From assembly GCA_017434585.1 (NCBI GenBank), contig JAFRFA010000134.1:1-55721 (forward strand): a stretch of DNA of 55,721 nucleotides. Reading direction: 5' to 3'. Shown here one piece after another: positions 8,273 through 17,427 of this stretch. This DNA is from Mogibacterium sp. (GTDB taxonomy: Bacteria > Bacillota > Clostridia > Peptostreptococcales > Anaerovoracaceae). The first letter of the stretch is position 1, and each line of letters begins with the position of its first letter. The notes beneath the pieces were generated by a model. That model searched no databases and was not told the DNA's origin. It saw only the letters and a list, made by a program, of their open reading frames with translations. The position numbers and the translations under genes were made by a program.

Positions 8273-10753
8273 CTATTTTACAACGAAGTTGATTATCTTG
8301 TTAGGTACGAATATGACCTTGACCACTTCGCGTCCTGCGGTCGCCTCAGCAAACCTTTCGGAAGCCCTTGCAGCTTCTTCAACTACCTCCTTCTGTGAAT
8401 CGTTCGGCAGCCTCAGTCTGTCTTTCAGCTTGCCGTTTATCTGTAATATGAATTCTATTTCGTCTTTTACGAGAGCCGACTCGTCGTACGAAGGCCACTC
8501 CTTATTATAGAGCCTGTCCTCGTGTCCGAGAAGGTTCCAGAGTTCTTCCGTGACGTGCGGGCAGAACGGGTTAAGCAGCACGAGAAGAGTCTCGACCGCA
8601 TCGTTGAAGAGCGGAAGGCTGATTTCCCCGTTCTTGTACTTGTACATCTCGTTCACGAGCTCCATTATCGATGCTATCGCGGTATTGAAATTGAATCTGC
8701 CGCCTGCATCTTCAGTAACTTTCTTTATTGCCGAATTCAGCATGAAGCTGAGCGATTTGTCAGCATCGTTCTTCGCCTCGTAAGCGCCGGATACATCAGC
8801 GTCTTTCCTGATCTCTTCGATGTATTCGATCACGAGCCTGTATACCCTGTTCAGGAACCTGTAGCTGCCCTCGACGCCCTCGTCGCTCCAGTCGAGTTCT
8901 TTTTCAGGAGGAGCAGCAAAGAGTATGAAGAGCCTTGCTGTATCCGAACCGTATTTTGCCTGTATCTCTGCAGGGCTCACTACATTGCCGAGCGATTTGC
9001 TCATCTTGGCTCCGTCTTTTATGACCATGCCCTGTGTCAGAAGATTTCTGAACGGTTCCTCTTCGCTCGTCATTCCAAGGTCATAAAGGAACATCTGGAA
9101 GAATCTGGCATACATGAGATGCAGTATGGCATGCTCGACTCCGCCGATGTACTGATCTACGTTCATCCAGTGATCAGACTTTTCTTTTTCGAACGGAAGC
9201 TTTTCGTTATGGGCATCGCAGTATCTGAGGAAGTACCAGGATGAATCGAGGAAGGTGTCCATCGTATCGACTTCCCTCTTTGCAGGCCTGCCGCAGCACG
9301 GGCAGACAGTGTCGATGAATGATTTGCTCGTGGTGATAGGAGACTCTCCCTTGCCGGTGAACTCGACATCTGTCGGCAGCAGCACAGGCAGGTTCTCTTC
9401 CTTTTCAGGCACCCATCCGCATTCATCGCACCAGATCATAGGGATAGGAGTGCCCCAGTATCTCTGTCTCGAGATGAGCCAGTCCCTGAGTCTGAAGTTG
9501 ACAGTCTTGTCACCTATCCCCTTTTCGTTGAGCCATTCGATCATCTTAGGGATGGCTTCCCTGTTGTTCAGGCCGTCGAACTGGCCTGAATTGATCATCT
9601 TCCCTTCAGCCACGAAGGCTTCTTTGAGATCATAGAGATCAACAGACGGATCTTCCGGATCGACTACCGGTATGATCTCAAGGCCGAAAGCCTTCGCGAA
9701 ATCAAAGTCCCTCTGGTCGTGAGCCGGAACGGCCATGATCGCGCCCGTACCGTATCCCATGAGTACGTAATCCGAGATCCAAACCGGGATCTCTTTTCCG
9801 TTGACAGGATTGATCGCATATCTGCCTGTGAAAACACCCGTCTTTTCGTTTGTCGTCGAAGTCCTTTCGATATCCGTCATGCGGCGGGCCTTCTCCTGAT
9901 ACTCTTTTACAGCAGCTTCTTCAGGTCTGCCGGCAACGAGCTCGTCAACGAAAGGATGCTCAGGCGACATTACCATGTAGGTCGCTCCGAAGAGAGTATC
10001 GGCTCTTGTCGTGAAGACCTCGAGTTTTTTATCGGAATCCTTTATCTCAAAGTCTATATTGGCGCCGTAGCTCTTGCCGATCCAGTTGCGCTGCATCGTC
10101 TTGACCTTGTCAGGCCAGCCTTCGAGCTTGTCGAGGTTGCTGAGCAGCCTGTCGGCATAATCGGTGATCTTGAGATACCACTGAGAGAGGTTCTTCTTCG
10201 TCACTTCCGTATGGCATCTCTCGCACTTCCCGTCGACCACCTGCTCGTTCGCCAGAACCGTCTGGCAGCTAGGGCACCAGTTGACCGGGTTGTCCTTTTT
10301 GTATGCCAGTCCTTTTTTGTAGAACTGTATGAATATCCACTGAGTCCATTTGTAGTACTCAGGCTTGCATGTAGCGACCTTGCGGTCCCAGTCATACGAA
10401 AGGCCCATGGAAGCGAGCTGTTTGTCCATCTCGTCCATATTGTCGAAAGTCCACTTCGCAGGCTCTGCATTGTGCTGTATGGCGGCGTTTTCTGCAGGAA
10501 GACCGAAGGAATCGTATCCCATAGGATGAAGGACGTTGAAGCCGGCCATCTTTTTGTATCTTGCGATAACATCGCCTATAGAATAGTTCCTGACATGTCC
10601 CATGTGGAGCTTGCCGCTCGGATACGGGAACATCTCGAGAACGTAGTATTTCTCTTTGTCCGGATCTTCGACAGTCCTGAAAGCCTTCTCATCAGCCCAG
10701 ATCTTCTGCCACTTCTTTTCGATTTCCAGAAAATTATATTTATCGTTTTTCAT
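8273..10753 (-). CDS. leuS: leucyl-tRNA synthetase
   Basis: The 826-aa ORF contains the HIGH motif ([15 protein letters not shown]), the KMSKS motif ([12 protein letters not shown]), the CP1 editing domain and zinc-binding cysteines. Confidence 0.97.
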   Translation of the reverse strand: MKNDKYNFLEIEKKWQKIWADEKAFRTVEDPDKEKYYVLEMFPYPSGKLHMGHVRNYSIGDVIARYKKMAGFNVLHPMGYDSFGLPAENAAIQHNAEPAKWTFDNMDEMDKQLASMGLSYDWDRKVATCKPEYYKWTQWIFIQFYKKGLAYKKDNPVNWCPSCQTVLANEQVVDGKCERCHTEVTKKNLSQWYLKITDYADRLLSNLDKLEGWPDKVKTMQRNWIGKSYGANIDFEIKDSDKKLEVFTTRADTLFGATYMVMSPEHPFVDELVAGRPEEAAVKEYQEKARRMTDIERTSTTNEKTGVFTGRYAINPVNGKEIPVWISDYVLMGYGTGAIMAVPAHDQRDFDFAKAFGLEIIPVVDPEDPSVDLYDLKEAFVAEGKMINSGQFDGLNNREAIPKMIEWLNEKGIGDKTVNFRLRDWLISRQRYWGTPIPMIWCDECGWVPEKEENLPVLLPTDVEFTGKGESPITTSKSFIDTVCPCCGRPAKREVDTMDTFLDSSWYFLRYCDAHNEKLPFEKEKSDHWMNVDQYIGGVEHAILHLMYARFFQMFLYDLGMTSEEEPFRNLLTQGMVIKDGAKMSKSLGNVVSPAEIQAKYGSDTARLFILFAAPPEKELDWSDEGVEGSYRFLNRVYRLVIEYIEEIRKDADVSGAYEAKNDADKSLSFMLNSAIKKVTEDAGGRFNFNTAIASIMELVNEMYKYKNGEISLPLFNDAVETLLVLLNPFCPHVTEELWNLLGHEDRLYNKEWPSYDESALVKDEIEFILQINGKLKDRLRLPNDSQKEVVEEAARASERFAEATAGREVVKVIFVPNKIINFVVK

Positions 10754-10879
10754 ATTCTACCTCTGTAAATTTCTATGGAGATGCATAAAGATGTTGAGGA
10801 AAACATGCGTAGGAGCCGACGAGGATGATATTCCCGGCGACAGAGCACGTTTCCCGAAACACTTTATGCAGATGCAGCT

Positions 10880-11221
10880 TTAATCTACAAGTATCATCTC
10901 GCAGTCATTCCAGATGCGCTCCAGAGTATATTTGTTTCGCGTTTCTTCAGTAAACAGATTCACGACCACATCGCCTCCGTCGACAAGGATCCATCCGGTC
11001 TCAGGCCTTCCGTCCCTGCTCTTCGGCTCAAATCCGAGTTCAGCGAATTTGTCGTATACTTCCTCAGCGAGACTTCCGAGCTGTCTTTCGTTGCCCGCAG
11101 TCGCGTTGACAAAATAGTCTGCGAAAGACGAATTCTCTGCGATGTCGATCATTACAACTTCTTTAGCCTTCTTTTCGCTGAGAAGATCAGCGATTGCCTT
11201 TGCCATTTCCTTGCTTGTCAT
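10880..11221 (-). CDS. rsfS: ribosome silencing factor RsfS (iojap-like)
   Basis: The 113-aa ORF contains FADYFVNATAGNERQLGSLAEEV, GWILVDGGDVVVNLF and YTLERIW. Confidence 0.9.
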   Translation of the reverse strand: MTSKEMAKAIADLLSEKKAKEVVMIDIAENSSFADYFVNATAGNERQLGSLAEEVYDKFAELGFEPKSRDGRPETGWILVDGGDVVVNLFTEETRNKYTLERIWNDCEMILVD

Positions 11222-11823
11222 TATTTCTCCTGTCCTTCTTTCTCTTTCTTTCTTATTTTTTCGATAATGAATTCTCTGGCTTCTGTAGTATCACTGTCTA
11301 TCGGCTTGCCTTTTCTTACCAGTTCATCCAGGGCAAATTCCATGATAGCCAGACAGCACGCGTCAAGATCCTCCCTTGCAAGCTTCTGCAGGGCCTTAAG
11401 GCCCGGGTATCCCCTGTTGTCTTCGATGGCGTCGGATACGTAAAGTATCTCTTCGGCAGTGCTCATGCCTGCCTTGCCCGTCGTATGGCATCTGACCATG
11501 TCGAGCAGTTCTTCGTCATCGACTCCGTATTCGTGCTCGAGTATCGCGGCTCCGACCTTTGAATGCGCGAGAGACCTGTTTCCGATGAGGCTCTCATCAA
11601 GGCCGTATTTTCTCACATAGCGGTCGCTCGTCTCCTGATCGAAGCACTTTGCTATGTCGTGATATCTGCCGGCGAAATCCGCCTTTTCGACATCTGTCCC
11701 GTAGATCTTCGCAAGATCGGCAGCCATCTTCTGGACGCCAAGCGAATGGACGTATCTGTATTCATCGAGATGCTCCTTCATGAAGCGCTCGAGACCTTCT
11801 CTATCTGTACAGTTTATGCTCAA
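11221..11823 (-). CDS. yqeK: HD-domain bis(5'-nucleosyl)-tetraphosphatase YqeK
   Basis: The 200-aa ORF contains RYVHSLGV, RYHDIAK and HTTG. It sits in the conserved nadD-yqeK-rsfS order. A TTG start at 11823 is preceded by AGAGGAG. Confidence 0.85.
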   Translation of the reverse strand: MSINCTDREGLERFMKEHLDEYRYVHSLGVQKMAADLAKIYGTDVEKADFAGRYHDIAKCFDQETSDRYVRKYGLDESLIGNRSLAHSKVGAAILEHEYGVDDEELLDMVRCHTTGKAGMSTAEEILYVSDAIEDNRGYPGLKALQKLAREDLDACCLAIMEFALDELVRKGKPIDSDTTEAREFIIEKIRKKEKEGQEK

Positions 11824-12424
11824 TTATGTACTCCTCTGTTGCCGGAAGGACAAGCCCGCTGATGCTTTCGCCTCTTTTTACCTTCTCTCTTATCTCAGTC
11901 GAAGAAGCATCCACAGGAGACATGTCCAGCAGTATGATCTCCGCACCGTAGTCTCTGCGGTAGGAATCTATCTTCTCCATTCCCAGGCTGTCATCCGTGT
12001 CCGGTCTTCTGACGGTTATGACAGGATAGTCCCTGAGTATCTCCGGGCCTTCATACCACGTATCAAGCTGTACCAGCGAGTCGAAGCCGCAGACAAAGTG
12101 CAGCCTGCCGCCTGCCGTTTCCCTGAAATGCCTGAGTGTCTCGACTGTGTATGACGGCCCGCCCTTCTTTATCTCATAGTCGGATACGCTGAACGCGGGA
12201 TCATGATCAAGAACGGTCCTTATCATTGCTATCCGGTCGCTGCCGTCTGTCACTTTGCGGTCCTGCTTGAACGGAGATATATAGGCCGGCATGAATATCA
12301 GCTCGTCCAGCCCGCACTGCGAAACAGCGCAGTCTGCCAGAGATACGTGTCCTATGTGCACGGGATCAAAACTGCCTCCGTAGATCGCATATCTCCGCCT
12401 GTCTTTCATTTCTTCAGTCCGCAT
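11801..12424 (-). CDS. nadD: nicotinate-nucleotide adenylyltransferase
   Basis: The 207-aa ORF contains YGGSFDPVHIGH (the HxGH nucleotidyltransferase motif), PSYTVETL and SSTEIR. An alternative in-frame ATG at 12409 would remove the overlap with aspS. Confidence 0.9.
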   Translation of the reverse strand: MRTEEMKDRRRYAIYGGSFDPVHIGHVSLADCAVSQCGLDELIFMPAYISPFKQDRKVTDGSDRIAMIRTVLDHDPAFSVSDYEIKKGGPSYTVETLRHFRETAGGRLHFVCGFDSLVQLDTWYEGPEILRDYPVITVRRPDTDDSLGMEKIDSYRRDYGAEIILLDMSPVDASSTEIREKVKRGESISGLVLPATEEYIIEHKLYR

Positions 12425-14180
12425 CGTTCCGAAGTTCTATGCCGAGTTCTTCGAGCTGTCCTTCGCCTGCAGGGGCCGGAGCCTCGCATACAGGACATTC
12501 CGCATTCTGGTTCTTAGGAAATGCTATGACCTCCCTGATGCTCTTCTCTCCCAAGAGCAGCATCACGAGTCTGTCAAGTCCGTAAGCCAGACCGGCATGA
12601 GGCGGCGCACCGTACCTGAAAGCCTCTATCAGGAAGCCGAATTTCTCTTCGCACTCCTCGTCTGTAAGTCCTAGAGCTTTGAACATCCTTGCCTGCAGAT
12701 CCTTGTCGTGTATCCTGACAGAGCCTCCTCCCAGCTCTACGCCGTTGAGCACGATGTCGTATGCGTTCGCCCTGAGTCCGAGTATGTCGGTATCAAGCTT
12801 ATCGAGTTCGTCGAGCTTAGGCTGAGTGAACGGATGATGCATTGCCTTTATATTGCCTTCTTCGTCCTTCTCGAACATAGGGAAATCGACGACCCAGAGG
12901 AAATTGAACTGATCATCGTCCAGGAGTCCCATGAGTCCTGCGACCTTTCTTCTGAGAAAACCGAGCGAATCGTATGTGACCTTGGCTGTTCCGCTTACGA
13001 TGAATACGATGTCTCCGGTCTTCGCTCCGAATGTATCAAGAACGGTCCTGAGCTCATCTTCAGAGAAGAATTTGCCGACCGAAGATGAGATCCCTGATTC
13101 GTCATACTTGATCCATACAAGGCCTTTTGCGCCGTAATGCTTGACCTCGTCGACCAGCTTGTCGATCTTTTTTCTGGAGAATTCGGCAGCCCCGCCAGGG
13201 ACGCAGATACCTCTTACGTCTCCGCCTTCAGCAAGAGTCTTTGTGAATACCTCGAATCCGCAGCCGGCGAAGATATCGTTCAGTTTTTTCAGCTCGATAT
13301 CGAATCTGGTGTCCGGCTTATCGGAGCCGTATCTTTCCATAGCTTCAGCGTACGTAAGTCTCGGGAAAGGAGTAACGACATCGATGCCCTTGACTTCCTT
13401 CATGACCTTTTTGATGAAGCCTTCCTGCACCTCTATTACGTCATCCACGCCGGCGAAGCTCATCTCCAGGTCGATCTGAGTGAATTCCGGCTGCCTGTCG
13501 GCACGAAGGTCTTCGTCCCTGAAACACTTTACTATCTGGATGTATCTGTCCGTGCCGGCTACCATGAGAAGCTGCTTGAACATCTGAGGCGACTGAGGCA
13601 GAGCATAAAAGCTTCCGTTGTGCACCCTGCTCGGGACGATATAGTCGCGGGCGCCTTCAGGCGTAGGCTTGATCAGCATCGGAGTCTCGACTTCCGTGAA
13701 GCCCTGCTCGTCGAAATAATCTCTGGCGCACTTGACGACTCTGTGCCTTACGGACAGATTTCTCTGCATCTTGCTCTTTCTGAGATCGAGATATCTGTAC
13801 TTCAGCCTGAGCTCGTCGCTTACGTTGTCATCATCCTTGATATAGATAGGCGGAGTATCGGAGACTGAATAGATCTCGATATCGTCCGCAAAGACCTCGA
13901 TCTCGCCCGTAGGGAGATTAGGATTCTTGGAACTTCTCTCTTTCACGACACCCTTTATGCCTATGCAGTACTCACTCCTCAGGCTCTTAGCCTTTTCGAG
14001 CACTTCGGCCGGGACATCCTCGTTGAATGTGATCTGCGTGATGCCCGTCTTGTCTCTGAGGTCCACGAACACGAGACCTCCAAGGCTCCTTGCTTTTGCT
14101 ACCCATCCATTGAGAACAACGTTCTTTCCTTCATCTGCGAGCCTGAGCTCTCCGCACATATGCGTTCTTTTATAAAGCAT
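12414..14180 (-). CDS. aspS: aspartyl-tRNA synthetase
   Basis: The 588-aa ORF has RTHMCGELR, class II motifs (FRDEDLRADRQPEFTQID, GGGSVRIH, PPHAGLAYGLDRL) and the bacterial GAD insertion. Confidence 0.97.
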   Translation of the reverse strand: MLYKRTHMCGELRLADEGKNVVLNGWVAKARSLGGLVFVDLRDKTGITQITFNEDVPAEVLEKAKSLRSEYCIGIKGVVKERSSKNPNLPTGEIEVFADDIEIYSVSDTPPIYIKDDDNVSDELRLKYRYLDLRKSKMQRNLSVRHRVVKCARDYFDEQGFTEVETPMLIKPTPEGARDYIVPSRVHNGSFYALPQSPQMFKQLLMVAGTDRYIQIVKCFRDEDLRADRQPEFTQIDLEMSFAGVDDVIEVQEGFIKKVMKEVKGIDVVTPFPRLTYAEAMERYGSDKPDTRFDIELKKLNDIFAGCGFEVFTKTLAEGGDVRGICVPGGAAEFSRKKIDKLVDEVKHYGAKGLVWIKYDESGISSSVGKFFSEDELRTVLDTFGAKTGDIVFIVSGTAKVTYDSLGFLRRKVAGLMGLLDDDQFNFLWVVDFPMFEKDEEGNIKAMHHPFTQPKLDELDKLDTDILGLRANAYDIVLNGVELGGGSVRIHDKDLQARMFKALGLTDEECEEKFGFLIEAFRYGAPPHAGLAYGLDRLVMLLLGEKSIREVIAFPKNQNAECPVCEAPAPAGEGQLEELGIELRNDAD

Positions 14181-15417
14181 TTGCCAAATCTTCCCTTCTT
14201 ACTTTTGTCTGTTCGGATGTTTCCATGTTCTTCAGGGTCAGTTCGCCGCTCGCGACTTCATCTTCGCCGATGACGGCCGTGTATGCCGCTCCGAGCTTAT
14301 TGGCGTATTTCATCTGTCCCTTGAGGTTTCTTTCTCTCGTATCGATATCCGCTCTTATGCCTGCACTGCGGAGCTCGTGAAGCAGCCTGACTGCATATTC
14401 TCTGGCCTCGTCGCCTATCCAGGCGAGGAATATCTGCGGTCCGGCCTCTCCTCCGAAATCGTGGCCGCAGGCTTCCATCAGAAGAAGCAATCTTTCCTTT
14501 CCGAGACCGAAGCCCACTCCCGGCATATCCGGGCCTCCGATCTCTTCGATCAGGTGATCGTAGCGGCCGCCGCCGCAGACCGTGCCCTGTGCTCCTATCT
14601 TTTCCGTTATGAACTCGAAAGCTGTCTTAGTGTAGTAATCGAGTCCCCTCACTATGGACGGATCTATGACATATTCGATACCCATGGCATCGAGATGCTG
14701 TCTGAGCTGCTCGAAGTCTTTTCTGCAGTCATCGCACAGATAATCGAGCATCTTCGGGGCGTCCCTGCAGATCTCCTTGTCTTCAGGAGACTTGCAGTCC
14801 AGGATGCGCATCGGGTTCTTTTCGAATCTTTCTTTACATGTATTGCAGAGGCAGTCGTAGTGCGGACGAAGGAAGTCCTGCAGGGCTTTGCGGTATACAG
14901 GTCTGCATTCCCTGCAGCCGACGCTTGATATGTGCAGCACTATGTCCTCTATGCCCATGCGTTTCAGAAAATCATAACCGAGAGAGATTATCTCGGCATC
15001 GGCAAGCATGGAAGCAGTTCCGAAGCTCTCTATGCCGAACTGATGGAATTCCCTGAGCCTTCCGGCCTGAGGCTTCTCGTATCTGAAGCAGGGAGTGTCA
15101 TACCATATCTTTGTCGGCTGAGTCTCAGCGTAGATATTGTGTTCGATAAACGATCTTACCGTCGGAGATGTTCCTTCCGGCTTCAGAGTTATGCTTCTGC
15201 CTCCCATGTCCTCGAAGGTATACATCTCTTTCTGGACGACATCGGTAGTCTCGCCGATGCCTCTGTTGAAGAGATCCGTAGCTTCGAAAACCGGGGTCCT
15301 GATCTCCCTGAATCCGTATTCCGAGCATATCCCTGCCCATTCCTTCTCAATGAACTGCCACCTGTACGCGTCCTGCGGCAGCATGTCTTTCGTGCCTTTA
15401 GGCGCCTGTATCGACAT
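14170..15417 (-). CDS. hisS: histidyl-tRNA synthetase
   Basis: The 415-aa ORF contains PKGTKDMLP, FRYEKPQAGRLREFHQFG, GGGRYD and a C-terminal anticodon-binding domain. Confidence 0.97.
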   Translation of the reverse strand: MSIQAPKGTKDMLPQDAYRWQFIEKEWAGICSEYGFREIRTPVFEATDLFNRGIGETTDVVQKEMYTFEDMGGRSITLKPEGTSPTVRSFIEHNIYAETQPTKIWYDTPCFRYEKPQAGRLREFHQFGIESFGTASMLADAEIISLGYDFLKRMGIEDIVLHISSVGCRECRPVYRKALQDFLRPHYDCLCNTCKERFEKNPMRILDCKSPEDKEICRDAPKMLDYLCDDCRKDFEQLRQHLDAMGIEYVIDPSIVRGLDYYTKTAFEFITEKIGAQGTVCGGGRYDHLIEEIGGPDMPGVGFGLGKERLLLLMEACGHDFGGEAGPQIFLAWIGDEAREYAVRLLHELRSAGIRADIDTRERNLKGQMKYANKLGAAYTAVIGEDEVASGELTLKNMETSEQTKVRREDLANAL

Positions 15418-15429
15418 CCGTGTCCTCCA

Positions 15430-16803
15430 TTATCTGTAATACTCGTCTTTACGTGCAAGCATTTCATCGAAACGCCCGCTGTAAATGCTGTAATTGCTCA
15501 CATTGGCGATCCGTTCTATCCTGTCGTCTCCGGGATAGTACACTTTTCCTACCGCACCGGCTCCGAGACCGATGACAGTCTGTTTGTCCTCCATTATGCG
15601 GATATTGTAGATGGAGTGTTTTCCCGGTCTGCACCATCCGACGTTTTCAAGAGCCGCTATCTGATGCTTCTGCCGGTAAATGTAATATGGTCTGAAGCCC
15701 TCTTCGCTCAGTACCCTGCGCGAGATATCCAGCATGCCGGATACAGTCTCTGTGTTTTTTCTGTAGTAGTCAGGATCCGCTTCCTTCAGTCTTGATCCTC
15801 TTTTCACGGACAGTGTATGGACCGTTATATTGTTTGCTCCGAGTCCGATGATCTCCCGGAGACCGTTCTCGAAGTCCTTTTCATCCTCACCCGGAAGGCC
15901 GGCGATCAGGTCGGCGTTTATGACAGCGAACCCGGCTCCCGAAGCAAGTCTGTACGCTTCTCTTATATCTTCTGCACTGTGGTCCCTGCCTATCAGCCTC
16001 AGAGTCTCGTCCTTCATCGTCTGAGGATTTATGCTTATGCGGCTTATACCGAGCTCTCTCATCGCCGAGAGTTTGTCCTCCGTTATGGTATCCGGACGCC
16101 CCGCTTCGACGGTGAACTCTATCGTTTCAGGATCGATGCCGAAGGACCCGGTGACCGCACTTATGAGTTCTGTCAGCTGATTCGCCGTAAGTGTCGTCGG
16201 AGTCCCTCCTCCTATATACACGCTTTCGATCTTCGTCCCGTGCTCTTTTGCCAGTCCGCCGGCATATACTGTCTCTTTTATAAGATCTGCGAGATATGCA
16301 GCGCGAGCTTCCGGCGGAGCCACATTCGATGCAAAACTGCAGTAGGCGCATCTGGTCGGACAGAACGGTATCCCTGCATAGACAGAGGTCTTTTCCCATG
16401 GATCTCCCTTCACGTTCTCAAGCTGATACGAAGCGATATCCGCAAGCAGAGAAGCTTTTTCAGGGCTTATGAGATACCTGTGCGACATAACGGATCTCAT
16501 CTCTTCGACAGAAGATCCTTTAGCGATCTCAAGAGCCGGTTTAAGGGGCCTGACTCCGGTGAGAGTCCCCCACGGAGGTCTTATCCCGGTTATGTCCGAG
16601 AGCAGTCCGTACATCTCTCTTTTGACCGCATCCCTGTCTGAAGACATCCCCGGATCGACGAAGAAGCTCTTTCCCGTGAGAAGACCATTCAGAGACACTC
16701 CGTTGTACGGTATGACCTCGAATCCGTCATCCGGCAGGAACTCTCTGCCGAGCTCTAGGCAGTGATATTCGTCGTCCGTATTGTTTATATAGAACCTATA
16801 CAA
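15430..16803 (-). CDS. HemN-family radical SAM protein (usually annotated HemZ / coproporphyrinogen dehydrogenase-like)
   Basis: The 457-aa ORF has the CX3CX2C motif (FCPTRCAYCSF), then GGGTPT and a HemN-like C-terminal part. The start codon is TTG. The position upstream of hisS-aspS is conserved in Clostridia. Confidence 0.8.
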   Translation of the reverse strand: MYRFYINNTDDEYHCLELGREFLPDDGFEVIPYNGVSLNGLLTGKSFFVDPGMSSDRDAVKREMYGLLSDITGIRPPWGTLTGVRPLKPALEIAKGSSVEEMRSVMSHRYLISPEKASLLADIASYQLENVKGDPWEKTSVYAGIPFCPTRCAYCSFASNVAPPEARAAYLADLIKETVYAGGLAKEHGTKIESVYIGGGTPTTLTANQLTELISAVTGSFGIDPETIEFTVEAGRPDTITEDKLSAMRELGISRISINPQTMKDETLRLIGRDHSAEDIREAYRLASGAGFAVINADLIAGLPGEDEKDFENGLREIIGLGANNITVHTLSVKRGSRLKEADPDYYRKNTETVSGMLDISRRVLSEEGFRPYYIYRQKHQIAALENVGWCRPGKHSIYNIRIMEDKQTVIGLGAGAVGKVYYPGDDRIERIANVSNYSIYSGRFDEMLARKDEYYR

Positions 16804-17383
16804 ATGGATTTGCCCTCTTTTCGTATCCTATGGTCGTCGGTAAGCCGTGCCCAGGGTATACGGCCATATCGTCGCTGAGGGAATAAAGCTTTTCGGATAT
16901 CGATCTGACAAGAGTCTCCCAGTCTCCCGTTTCCAGATCGGTCCTTCCGACGCTGAGCTTAAAAAGCGTATCTCCTGTGAAGATCTCCCTGTCTGTCGCA
17001 AAGCATATACCGCCGCCTGTATGTCCCGGTGTCTTTATGACTCTGAGTTCTGTTTCACCCAGAGTGATGACATCGCCTTCTCTGAGAAGCTTTTTCGGTT
17101 CCGGGCATCCGCTCTTTATCATCAGCTCATGGTCTCCTTCAGGAGCAGCGAAAACGACAGATGAATACTCGTTCAGATACTGAGGGACGCACAGAAAATG
17201 ATCTTGATGCGCATGAGTGAGCAGCAGATATTTCAGGTATGCATTGTTCTGGATGTCCAGTCTGACCTCCATATCATAATAGCCCGGATCTATAACTGCT
17301 TTGAAACCGGTAGCCTCGTCAGTTATGAGGTATGTGTTTTCTCCGTACATCCCGTTCGGGTAGCACTTGATCTCAAGACTCAT
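16796..17383 (-). CDS. MBL-fold metallo-hydrolase (glyoxalase II-like)
   Basis: The 195-aa ORF contains LLLTHAHQDHF (the HxHxDH motif), TPGHTGG and GDTLF. Confidence 0.8.
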   Translation of the reverse strand: MSLEIKCYPNGMYGENTYLITDEATGFKAVIDPGYYDMEVRLDIQNNAYLKYLLLTHAHQDHFLCVPQYLNEYSSVVFAAPEGDHELMIKSGCPEPKKLLREGDVITLGETELRVIKTPGHTGGGICFATDREIFTGDTLFKLSVGRTDLETGDWETLVRSISEKLYSLSDDMAVYPGHGLPTTIGYEKRANPFV

Positions 17384-17427
17384 AAAGCCCTCCTCGGTAT
17401 CGATAATTTATTATTGTTTACTTATTG

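Noticed and set aside
10754-10879. A T-box riboswitch upstream of leuS.
   Set aside because: The spacer is only 126 nt, no T-box consensus sequence or specifier-loop architecture is visible, and there is no terminator with a U-tract. It is kept only as a minor structured-spacer note.
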